Assembly: GCA_030704615.1 (NCBI GenBank)
Contig: CM060733.1
Span: 62,930,001 to 62,994,000 of the forward strand
Length of the DNA stretch: 64,000 nt
Reading direction: 5' to 3'
Source of the DNA: Takakia lepidozioides
Taxonomy: Eukaryota; Plantae; Bryophyta
Program-made: the position numbers and the translations under genes
Notes under the pieces: generated by a model
The model's input: only the letters and a program-made list of their open reading frames with translations
Database searches by the model: none
What the model was told of the DNA's origin: nothing
Shown: positions 10,110-21,297 of the stretch, piece by piece
Layout: every line of letters starts with the position of its first letter
Numbering within the stretch: the stretch's first letter is position 1

Positions 10110-12980
10110 TGGCGTCTGAGCTCTGCTGCTTCGTGCCCATGCCGGATGAGCTCCTGGGGATGCGCAATGGCGGCGTCTTGTCTCTTCTCACAGGCGGGAG
10201 AACCCGCTGTGATGGCATCGTCCCTTTCCCTCCTCTGGCTTTTATGTTTCGCAGCGGCGCTTGGGTGGGGAAGTATATCTCTCTCTCTCCCTTCTTAAAC
10301 CTAGCATTTGTATGCTTCGCTTCTCCTTAGCTGTGCTGGAGGTGGCTTGCTGGTGGCGATGGCGCAGAGTTATCTTCCCCAATCGCTTAAGGTGCTTTTG
10401 GTGATTAGGGTTCCTTTTACTTCATGTCTTTGTCTCTTGTTTTTGGGGTTCTTAGTTGACATCGATGACAAGTGTAGGGGTCTGTGATTCACCTGGGGTT
10501 CCACAATCCTCACTAACCCATTGGTTTTTGTGGGGGCTTGTGATGGGACCAGGTGAGGATCCCTACCTACTTTGAATTCTCTTGAGCTTGCAGATAAGGA
10601 TGTGTGCAAAAGGAACATATTGCTGCTGCCTGCAGCCCCGATTTCGGCCCGCTGGCTCCCGGTTTGACATGATGATGCTTGCCTTTTGACCTATCTTTTG
10701 CTGATGCTGATGGAGCATTTCGGCCTGGCAGCTTTGTCTCATGTAGCACAGCATGTGAATCCTACCCTGTCTTTGAATCTTTGACAGCTTTGCCTGTGGA
10801 TTTTTAGACTAGGTTCCTTTGTTTTGGGCTTAAAAGAGGATTGATGGTGTAAGGGTAAAGGCATCAGTGGCTGTTTGGCTCTAAGGATGAGGAGGTCTGG
10901 TTTTTGTTAAAGAAGACAGCCTGATAAGGCAATGATAGGCCGTTTTCAGACCTGGATTTGTTGTGGAATGGAGCATAGTGAGGTTCTATTTGCAAAACAT
11001 GGCATTAGCCTTCTGTGAAACAGTGACGGTAAGTTCTAAAGGACTCTGGCCAGTGATTAGTTACTTTATTTTGCCATATGAACAGCCACCTGCATTGTAT
11101 GATTTATCTTGGCCAAGAGGACTTGGTCTTGGGCACTCAAATTGTATGTGTGTCCATATCTGGATGTTGTGACAGGGCCGGCCTTTCTTCCATGCCAAAA
11201 TGCCTTACATGATGCATATCTTGGGGCAACTGTACATGATGTAGAATGAAGTCGTAGTCAGTCTTGTCATGCCCAAAGTGTTCACTTGGTTGCATGTTTG
11301 GAGTCCGATTTACTGCAGGATCGGCCAGCAAGAGTCCTATGTGCACAGGTCCTGAATATGTATAATGACAGGTTGTTCTTACATACCCAGAAGGCCTAGC
11401 ACGATGCATGCTTTGGGGTGCTTACATTTGGCCAAATGTGAAGCTGCAATATGGCTTGCCATGCCCAAGAAGTGTACTTGGTGGCAAGCCCGAAGTGTAA
11501 TTAATTGCCTGCTGCCGATGTGAACACTCCCTGAATGTGTTGTAGGGCAGGCTGTTCTTACCTACTTTGCATAATGCTTGTCTTGGATCACCTCAAGGTA
11601 CTTGTGTATACATATCTTGGATCTGTAATGTGGCAAGATGTTCTTATATGCCCATGATATCTTGCATGGTGCATATCTTATGGATAACTATGGATGATAT
11701 AATCTGAGGCTGCAATCTAACTTATATTGTGCAAGAGGGTCACTTGGGTACATGACAGGAATCTGATTATGAACATACCCGCCCTCCCACCCTATTTTAT
11801 CATGACTGAAGGGTGGCGTCACTTGGTGTGTTATGACAAGACTGGAAATGTTAGATGGTGCCCTGTCATGGGGCTGTTTATGTCTTTAATTGACAATGAC
11901 CCTTGTTGGTCTTGTCCATGTCTTGACATGAATATCTTCCCACTCTCTCCCTCTCTCTTATTAACTTTTTCTACCCCCTCTTTCCCTCTGTGGTTTTTAT
12001 TTTTTTGTGAGGAGCACGAAAGAGAGGGAAGATATTCATGTCATGTCAAGACATAGACAAGACTTTTAAAGTCATTGTCAGAAAAGGACATAGCAGCCTC
12101 CTTAGAAGGCACTATCTAACATCTCCGTTCACACATAACATCCAATTTGATTGAATCATGAAGACTTCAGGGTATCTGAAATCTCTGGGTGGGAGGGTGG
12201 GAATTGTAAGATATTCATCATAGAAAGAAAAAAATTCCATCACCATCAAGACAGACTGGGTTTCATATTCCATAGAGCAAAGTAATTCCATCTCTCAGCC
12301 ATATTGAGATATATCTGCCACTTAGCAAGATATGTTCCCAAGAACAGCTGGAAAGTTTTAAAAGAAACCATGTCTTTTAAACAAACATCCTCAAGAGCAT
12401 TTGCATAGTGGTTAGCAAAACAAACAATGCATTCATAGATCGTATTTGAACTTATCAGCAGCAGGCCCAGGCCTGAAGTGTTTGCTTCAGGGCTTTATCC
12501 ACATTATGCTAAAGTACAAAACAGATAGGCTTCCATAAGGCAGCTTTTAGGTCCGGGGTACCAGTACCTAATAGTTATAAGTGTGATTGCCCCATTGTTC
12601 CTGGTTCAAACACTATAACTATGTAGCAGGTTATGTTCCCAAAATGATTGGCAGCATTTAGTGAGGATGCGTCGGGTAGGTAACAAACCTTCACACTTGC
12701 TATCGATGTCATACATACAATCTAAAGCAAGCATATGCAGGGAACAAAGCATTAAACCACCAAGACCTTGAAGGCTTGTGGAAGTGGCGAAGCCTGCGAC
12801 ATGGTGTCCAAGACGTGCATTCAAACAAGTGCAAATAGATTGCTTTGCTGAAAAGAATGAGGAGTTTATCAAGTGAGAGAGACTCCCTGAAAACCATGCA
12901 AGTGCTGCAGCTTCATCAATGAGCATTCAAGAGTTCAGCTAGCAACCAAATTGATTGCTTCGCAGAAAAAAAGAAGTAGC
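10110..12980. repeat. Old, diverged large inverted repeat centred near 11941-12026
   Basis: Collinear reverse-complement blocks: 11910-11940/12027-12063, 11848-11900/12070-12122, 11778-11792/12186-12201, 10650-10730/12465-12565, 10457-10515/12658-12711, 10370-10415/12740-12785, 10141-10170/12910-12945. Confidence 0.8.
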
Positions 12981-12984
12981 TACC

Positions 12985-13775
12985 AGTAAAGGAGTTGAAG
13001 ACCCAGCCGCACATGCGCATGCAAAGCCTGGTAATTAGGCCTGGATTTCAGATGCCAGGCTGCATAGCCTTCAATGTGCATGTCCAGAAACATCAAAACA
13101 CCCTGAATGCATTTAATTCCAGCCGCATTTCCAGTGTAAAGACATAGCCGCCAATGCACATGGCAATTAGGCCTGGAATCAGGCTGTAAAGTCTTCATAA
13201 GGCCTCACCATAAGCATCAAATGCTTCAGATTCCTGCAGTAAAAGCACTTAGCAGCCCCCATTCACACCAGCAGAAGCTCATGCAATCAGGTGTGAAGAC
13301 ATAGCCGCCAATGCACATGCCGAGACCAGCAATTAGGCCTGGAATCAGGCTCAAATGCTTCGGACTCCTGCAGTAAAAGCACCTAGCAGCCACCATTCGC
13401 ACTAGCAGAAGCTCATGTAATCAGGTATGAAGACATAGCCGCCAAGGCACATGCCGAGACCAGCAATTAAGTCTGGAATTATGCTGCCAGGCTGCAAAGC
13501 CCTCATTACGCCTCTCCATAAGCACCAAATGCCTTGGATTTATGGAGTATAAGCACCTAGCCGCCATCATTCACACCAGCAGAAGCTTGAATGCAATCTA
13601 GTAGCTCAGGTATGAAGACATAGCCGCCAAAGCATATGTTGAGACCATCAATTAAACCTGGAATTCAGCTGCCAGGCTGCAAAGCCTTCATTACGCTTCT
13701 CCATAAGCATCATGTCAAACGACATGAATTCATGCAGCAGGAGCACTTAGCCGTCACCATTCACTCCAACACAAG
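12985..13775 (+). repeat. Tandem repeat, about 130-190 bp units (GAAGACATAGCCGCCAA core), 4-5 copies
   Basis: The core recurs at about 13140, 13295, 13430 and 13615. More degenerate, roughly 190-bp units also occur at 11170-11690. Confidence 0.85.
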
Positions 13776-13916
13776 CTTAAGCACGAGCTTCGTGCTTTTT
13801 CTTAGGTTTAGCAAAGTGATAAGACCTCACTCCACGCGACTTCATCCAGCGTGGATGAAATCGTGTATAACCGATAACATTAATAGGCATTCATCTCTGA
13901 TATCATCCTGTATGGA

Positions 13917-16622
13917 TGTCGCGCACCTCACTTCGGTAAGCTCCCCTTCAAGTCATAGTTACTCACTTCGATGCGCGCGCCTGACTCCCAACCTGGCCGC
14001 CCGGGCCAACTTGGAGCTTCGGCTGCTCACCGGGGCATAACGGTCCCCCTTCGCTTCCCACTAAATCCTCCACCTATTTGGGACTAGGAGAATTCCCTTT
14101 GGTAGATGGCAGTCCGGAACAGCTCCCCACTCTTTGGTCGCTTTCCGGCTCGCTCGCTTACTCACTAGTTTTTGGTCACCAACGGGCTTGCACCGTTCTC
14201 GGGGTTACTACTCCCTATATATACTTCTGTAGCTGTCCGCGGGGGTTTCACAACCAGCCATGCCATTTTATGGCGAACCACCACGAAAACCCTCGACTCC
14301 CGGTGATGAGTCGCGGTGAGTCTTGGCCCGCTCACCACGGCCCCTATGGACCGTGATGAGTCCCAAGACTCCCCACGACTCCCACCACGAGGTCTCCGCC
14401 CCCATGGTGAGTCCTATGCCACCCCCACTAAGTCCCGCTAAGCTACCACCACCCCTTGTGGAGCCACCCCCACCGCAACCCGGTGTGCGGGGCTCCACCT
14501 AGTGAGCGCCTCCGCTTCCCTGAGTGCCTTGGGCACTCAAGGGTGCTTCAGCCCCCCATACCTATCGCTCCGCTGCCCCCACCACAGGGGCAGCCCCTCA
14601 TGTGTCCCGACCCCCTGCCCTCAATGCAAAGGGCCGCGACACACACCCCTACCAACAGGGAGTCGATGTCCTCATCGACTTGTTCATTTTGTAGAAACGA
14701 ACATCCAAGTTGTGGCGTCCCACATCAAGGAGTTTGTTTCCGTACCATGGCGTCCCATGGCAAAGAACCAAACCCCACACTTGACTCTACTCTCCACTAG
14801 CTAGTTCGGCCGACTTCCTCCAAGTCCCGGCCAAGGGTGGAGCCTCTCCAGCTCCTCCCAGTGCACTCTTCTTGGCCTACTTCAAGGCCAAGGAACGATC
14901 CTCCCCGAGGATCGAATCGCCTTACTGCAACAACATTGCTTGCGACCGCTCATGATGCCGCTTTTGGCATCACCTTGAGCAAGGGTTCACCTCAAACCCT
15001 CTTTGACTAGGAAGATAACCTTGAACAAACCGTGCGCCCCAATCACTACAATTGGGTCCGCCTTGGAATGCTGGCCTGAGGTACGGGAACACGCCGAAGC
15101 CGCACTACGGCTTCGTCCCGAGGCTACACGATTATAGTACGTGAACGGAAGCACGTAGCTTCCGCGTTAACCCGCACTACAAGGCAACCCCCTCGGTAGC
15201 GCAGTTATAGTACGCGCACGCGCCAGGTGCGCACTAGCACGTGAACTCCCAAAGAAGGCGCAAGTTTCCTTGCCCCTTGGATGGGGGTCACCCGATTTCG
15301 GCACTACGCAAACACACGATTAACCCAATTTACCTCTCCCACTTTTATAAGCTAGCATGCATTCTACACACTAGCCAACCACACCATGCATCACCATTCC
15401 AAACAAAATAGGACGCACCGAATTTGGAACCCATTTCCTTTATAACAAATTTTTGTACAATACAAGTTTTTGCAATCGGATTCCTAAGCTAGCTAAGCCA
15501 GGCTAAGCATGCATTTCCTCCCCCACGCTCCAAGGTTGATGTCCCCATCAACGCTTCTTCCGCTTTTTAGGTCGCCCTTCGAAAGCTGCGACCGCCTCAG
15601 ATGCGTTTCCCATTTCTGAGGCACGCACCCAAGATGCCTCCACATGATGATAACCCTTCCATTTGACGAGATACTCCGTTTCTTGGTTCTTGAACCTCCT
15701 TGACTTAAGTATTGCCTCCACCTCGTACTCAGGTTCATTTTCATGATCCAACAGCATAGGTGGCGGACGCAACACTTGATGCCGATTCGGACGCGCTTCA
15801 TCTTTGAAGTAAGGCTTCAAAAAGGAGACATGGAATACTGGGTGCACCTTGCTGTTTGCCGACAGCTCCAATTCATACACATCCTCATTCATAACCTTCC
15901 GAATGCGAAAGGGTCCCGCATACGGAGGTACGAACTTCGGACTCACTTCCGGAGGTAGTCAAAAATTCTTGATGTTCAACTAGACCTCCGTGCCTGCCTC
16001 AAACTTCACTTCCCTCCGCTTCCGATTCGCCTGCATTTCATACCGTTTCCTAGCTTTGGCAATGTTGTACTTTGCGAGCTTCAACAAACGCTCGCGTTCT
16101 TCCAGTACTGCCGCTACTGCCGGTTCCTCAACGTCCTGGGCGGCCCAACTTGTCGGCACCAGAGGTGCTTTTCCATAGACCAATACGAAAGGGGAAACTC
16201 CCGTTGCGGAGTGTTCTGTGTTATTATAACAAAACTCTGCCGCGTCTAAGTGTTCCACCCAGTCTGTTTGGTCTGCCGACACGTAATTCCGCAAGATCTG
16301 CTTCACTACGGAATTCACCCTTTCTGTTTGGCCATCAGTCGTAGGTCGGAAGGCGGTGCTCATCTTCAGCCTCGTCCCCATCTTCTTCCAAAGTGCTCTC
16401 CAGAATTTACTCGTAAACTTTGGATCGCGGTCCGAGACAATATCCTTCGGGACTCCATGATGCTTTAAGACGTGGGCGAAGTAAAGTCGCCCTGTCTCCT
16501 GCGCCGTTGCCGTCTCCTTGGTGGGGATGAAATGGCCCATTTTACTGAACCTATCTACCACCACCATGATTGCATCAAATCCTTTTGACAGCGGCATAGC
16601 AGTCATGAAATCCATCGAGACG
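13917..16622 (-). mobile_element. Truncated Ty3/gypsy chromovirus copy: 3' LTR (13917-15513), PPT, integrase C-terminus and chromodomain
   Basis: TG...CA LTR highly similar to 31795-33393. PPT (minus strand TGGGGGAGGAAA) at 15514-15525. Integrase motifs SMDF...SDRD...QTERVN; chromodomain YEVEAILK..EYLVKWKGY..ASW. Confidence 0.95.
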
Positions 16623-16924
16623 TCGGCGCTCCCACCAACGCCGTCGGCTGGAGGGCCGCGATGGCGAGATGTCGCTCGAAGGAGGCCCCTGCCATCGGCA
16701 CGGACGGCCTGAAAAGCAACGTCCGGCAGTCGCGGGAGTTGGGGCGGGGGGCTCACGACCCCCATACGTCGCATTTTTGCGACGTCATTTTGGCGACGCC
16801 CATGCGACTGCCGGGCGACGGCCGAGTGTCGCAAATTCTGCGCCTGCCCTCTGCCCGAAATGAACGTTTTCCCGACGCTGCGGCATGGCTCGGGCATCGC
16901 AAAGGCCCCCCTTTTCCTGTAGTG
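16623..16924. mobile_element. CACTA terminus with subterminal repeats
   Basis: Ends in TTTCCTGTAGTG (reverse CACTACAGGAAA), with repeated GTCGC/GCGAC motifs inside. Confidence 0.75.
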
Positions 16925-17099
16925 TTCGTAGTGGGTGGCTCATGGGTCATCCATGCCCGCTCATGAGCTCATGAGTTCATGGAATAGCAACCCTCTGTTG
17001 TGGTGCAGTGACAACAATATAGTAGCAATACTAGTTGAGGGAGAAAAAAGCAGTTACCCACCACATTTCTACAAAGAAAGAGAAGGGGAAATGGAAATC

Positions 17100-18912
17100 C
17101 TAGAAGAACCAGCCACCATTAGTTTACAGGATGAAATAGTGGCTGGGTTGAAGAGCACGTAAGGGAAGTAAATGTGGAAACTGAGGAGGAACCAAGAATG
17201 GTAAAAGTAGGGGCTGACTTGGAACCTGAATTCTTTGAGGAAGCTAAGAGCTTATTCATTAAATACAAAGATGTATTTGCTTGGAGCTATGAAGATTTGA
17301 AGGGGATACCCCCTGAGATTTGCCAACACAAGATTGAGTTGGAACCAGGTTTAGTACCAATTAAACAGACAAGGTACAAGATGAATCCCAACTATGCACA
17401 GAAGGTTGGGAAGGAGATAAAGAAGTTGGCTGAGGCTCAGTTCATATACCCGATAGAGTACACAACTTGGCTATCACCCATTGTGAAATAGTTCCAAAGA
17501 AGAATGGCAAGCTGAGAGTTTGTGTTAACTACAAGAAACGGAATGATTGCACAAAGAAAGATCCATTTCCTTTGTCATTCAAAGAAGCTCTGCTAGATAC
17601 TGTAGCAGGCCATGAAATGTACTCATTCATGGATGGTTTCAGTGGGTATAACCAAGTACAAGTAGCTGAAGAGGATGAAAGAAAAACTGCTTTTCATTAC
17701 TGATTGGGGTGCTTATGCTTACAAAGTCATGCCTTTTGGACTTCGTAATATTGCACCAACAACTTTCCAAAGAGTAATCAGTGAATCCTTAGTACTTGGA
17801 TGACTTCATGCATGTGTTCTTAGATGACTTCAGTGCTCTAAGAATGAACACTTGCAGAAATTGGAATTATGCTTAGCCAGATGCAGGATGAGGGGCTTTG
17901 GGTTGAATCCAGAAAAGTGTACTTTCTGCGTGAACTCAAGAGTTCTTCTGGGACACATTGTGTGTCAGAAGGGACTGTTTGTGGACCCTAAGAAGACAGA
18001 GGCTATCAAAGCATCTCCACCACCAGCTAATGTTAAAGCTCTAAGGAGATTCCTTGGACAAACCAATTATTATAGAAGGTCCGATATGCACAGAAGGCTG
18101 CACCATTGAGCAAGCTCTTAAAGAAGGATGCAGTGTATGCATGGACAGCTGAATGCCAACAGGCCTTCGAGGAACTTACATTGTCAGTAACAACTGCACC
18201 TATGCAGCGATAAACCCACATTGGCATATGGTATTTCATATACATTGTGATGCCTCAGGAGAAGCATTGGATGTTGTGTTAGCTCAAAACATCACATGAA
18301 ACATAGATTCACTTGTATACTATGCTAGCAGGTTATTGAACAATGCTGAAAGGAACTATAGCACCACGAAAGATAAGCTTTTACAATGATTTATTCAGTC
18401 AAGAAGTTCAGACATTATTTGATGGGAAGGAAATTCATGTTCTATGTGGATCATCAGGCTCTGATTAATTCGGTGAACAAGCATTTGATAAGTGGAAGGA
18501 TAGCAAGATGGTTAATTATACTCCATGAGTTTGGAGTTGTTTACAAGCCTGGACGATTGCATCTTGTGGCAGATCACTTGTCACGCCTCACAATAGGAAA
18601 GTAAGTACGGATCTGCTGCAATAAATAAAGGGGCATGGAAGGATGGAAAGGAGGGATGAAGGACGAGGCGGATGGATGAGATCCGTGAAGGGAACATGAG
18701 ATCAAACCCAAGGGGGCAGTACTTATGGATATCAAGGCAATATAGCAATATTTCAGGAGATCCAAGGTTCAAAGCTGGGAAATGACACTTTTAATAAAAT
18801 AAGTGTTATTAGATGGGCAAGAACCAGGGTTCAAACATGGAAAACCATGATTTTTGGTATTGTATCTCAGGAAAATATTGTTTATAGGGAAGGTGGGCCA
18901 TCTCCATAAACC
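17100..18912 (+). pseudogene. Decayed non-chromovirus Ty3/gypsy pol (RT, RNase H, start of integrase)
   Basis: KDVFAWSYEDLKGI, WLSPIV.VPKKNGKLRVCV, HEMYSFMDGFSGYNQ, LNPEKC, KKFRHYL..YVDHQAL, YKPG..H.VADHLSR. Many stops and frameshifts. Confidence 0.92.
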
Positions 18913-20028
18913 GCCTCTCATTTTAAGATAAGAGGGTCTTCAATGGGCACGTGCGATGTGGCCGGTGGGCCCCGCGCACGGACGCCCGGCTCCCCAGCAC
19001 CCCGCTCGCCCCGCCCGCCGCTGCGCGCGGTCGCCCAGCCGCGGGCGCGGCTGCAGCAACCGCGCCCGCGCCCCGTCCGCCGCGCGGCCAGTCCCCCGCC
19101 CATGAGTCCGCTGCCCTCCAGTCTGCCAATCCGCTGCTGGCCAGTCGGCTGCCCAGCAGTCTGCCAGTCCGCCGGTCCGCTACCCAGCAGTCCGCTAGTC
19201 CGCCAGTCCGCCCGCCAGTCCGATGACGGCGCAGGATCGCCACCGTCCATTCCCATAACCCATCCGAGCCCTCCATTTTTAGGGCTGCGAAAATGGCAAT
19301 GATCTTCCCACCAAATCCCAGCCGCTCTCTATTGATGGCTGTTTGTTGTCCGATGTTGCGGTAGGCGTTTCCATGCACGCGACTGTTCCTCTTTTGCGCG
19401 CGATGTTCATGATGATGATGAAGCGTGTGCTTGAACATGAGAGGACTGTCTGGGCACTACAGCCACCATCGTGCATATGCTTCCACTATTTTTGCCTTCT
19501 TGTTGTGCTTTCGGGAACCTTCGTTTTATGGTTTGGTTCTATGTCATAAATATGGAAAATGCGGACATCTGTCGCCGATAACGTCCTCTGCTTGTGATCC
19601 GTCATGATACGTTTAGCCCCTTTGTACTGCATCCCTCATGAGAGCCTTCACAAGTTTAGTTCGTTAAAGGAACCCATGGATAACATGGGCGCGAAAATGG
19701 TGGAAGCGTATGCACATGGGGGCGTGTATTGCAGATTTCGTATCGGACGATGGGACTGTTTATGTGACCAAGTATAGCGGCTTGCATCCGTCGTGCATAA
19801 GTTGTGGAAAAGGGTGGAGAATCTGAAGAAACCCAGCTTTGTGATGGATCCACATGGTATTATATAAGGGATGGCAGCAAAAAAAAACAATTCGAGTCGT
19901 CACGGAACACCATCCAGTCGTAAGGTCCTCAAACATCCACGCGCACCTGCTGAATGCAGATGTCTGAGCCACGACGGGAGATGTCCGAGACAATTGCATC
20001 TGCAAATGCGCGTGGATGTTTGAGGTCC

Positions 20029-20680
20029 GTTGTGTCGCGAGTCTGTTCACAGTGGGTCCGCTGGCCCGTCAGTGCTCCGGATATTCCCCTTATCGCGTGC
20101 ATAACAGTCAGTTTGGAGGCGGTCTGCTGGAAGTCCGTCTGTTGGGATAACAGTCTGTTGCACTTGTGAATTTGTTAGTCTGTTGTGTCGGAAGTCTGTT
20201 GCACTAAGTCTGTTTGACTTCTTATTTTCCCTTCGGTCAGTATTTTGGCTTGTTCTCCCGCCAGTCTGGCGAAATGTCCGTCTGCTGGACATTTCTCCTC
20301 TATGGATATCAGTCTGTTGGACTGTGCATGCATCAGTCTGTTGTGTCGCGAGTCTGTTCACAGTGGGTCCGCTGGCCCGTCAGTGCTCCGGATATTCCCC
20401 TTATCGCGTGCATAACAGTCAGTTTGGAAGCGGTCTGCTGGAAGTCCGTCTGTTGGGATATCAGTCTGTTGCACTTGTGAATTTGTCAGTCTGTTATGTC
20501 GGAAGTCTGTTGCACTAAGTCTGTTTGACTTCTTATTTTTCCTCTGGTCAGTCTTTTGGCTTGTTCTCCCGCCAGTCTGGCGAAACGTCCGTCTGCTGGA
20601 CAGTTCTCCTCTATGGATATCAGTCTGTTGGACCGTGCATGCATCAGTCTGTTGTGCCACGAGTCTGTTCGCAATGGGTG
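20029..20680 (+). repeat. 311-bp tandem duplication (2 copies plus a partial third) inside the MULE
   Basis: GTTGTGTCGCGAGTCTGTTCACAGTGGG at 20029 and 20340; a variant at about 20650. Confidence 0.95.
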
Positions 20681-21297
20681 TGTTCGACTTTCCTGTTCTC
20701 CCCTTACTCTCTTTTGTCTTCAGTCCGCTGGCAGGGAAGTGCCTCCAATATGAAGTCGCGTCGCCTCAGCAAAGCGAATAGTCCGCTGGACTGGCGGTCC
20801 GGTGGACTCTCGGCCCGATGGGAAATGAGTCTGCTGCACTTGCGAGGAGCGTGGATGAATTTAGTACGATCCGTTTGTTTGGTGGACGTATTCAATGCGA
20901 TGACGGCGGATAGTTGGCGCTTGTGAAATTGCGCCACGTTGGCAGTGCCATGCCCGCTTTCCCCCTTCTACTTCTACTTTCTCCATTCTCTTCGCACCTG
21001 TTTCTTCGCACAGTTTTGCACTGCTTTGTTTTCCTCTTTGCGTTTCCATCACCGTAACGAAAGACGACCGTTCTTCCCCAGGTGTGGAGAGTCGCGGTGA
21101 GCCACGAAGCGTCGCAAACACGCTCGCCTTCGTAACAACTCGAAGTTCATCGGCTCGGTGAGGTTCTCACTTGCTGCGGTGTTTCCATTCCATTATGTGT
21201 CCTCTTCTTGCTTAGGGTGAGTCTTTTCATAGGACTTCTATCTGTCGCTCTGTCGCTCTGTCGCTCATTGTCCTTGCACCTTCGTTTCATTCTGCAG

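Noticed and set aside
18918-19302. Many overlapping GC-rich ORFs in the MULE TIRs, the LTRs and the palindrome arrays
   Set aside because: Stop-poor repeat sequence with no protein motifs.
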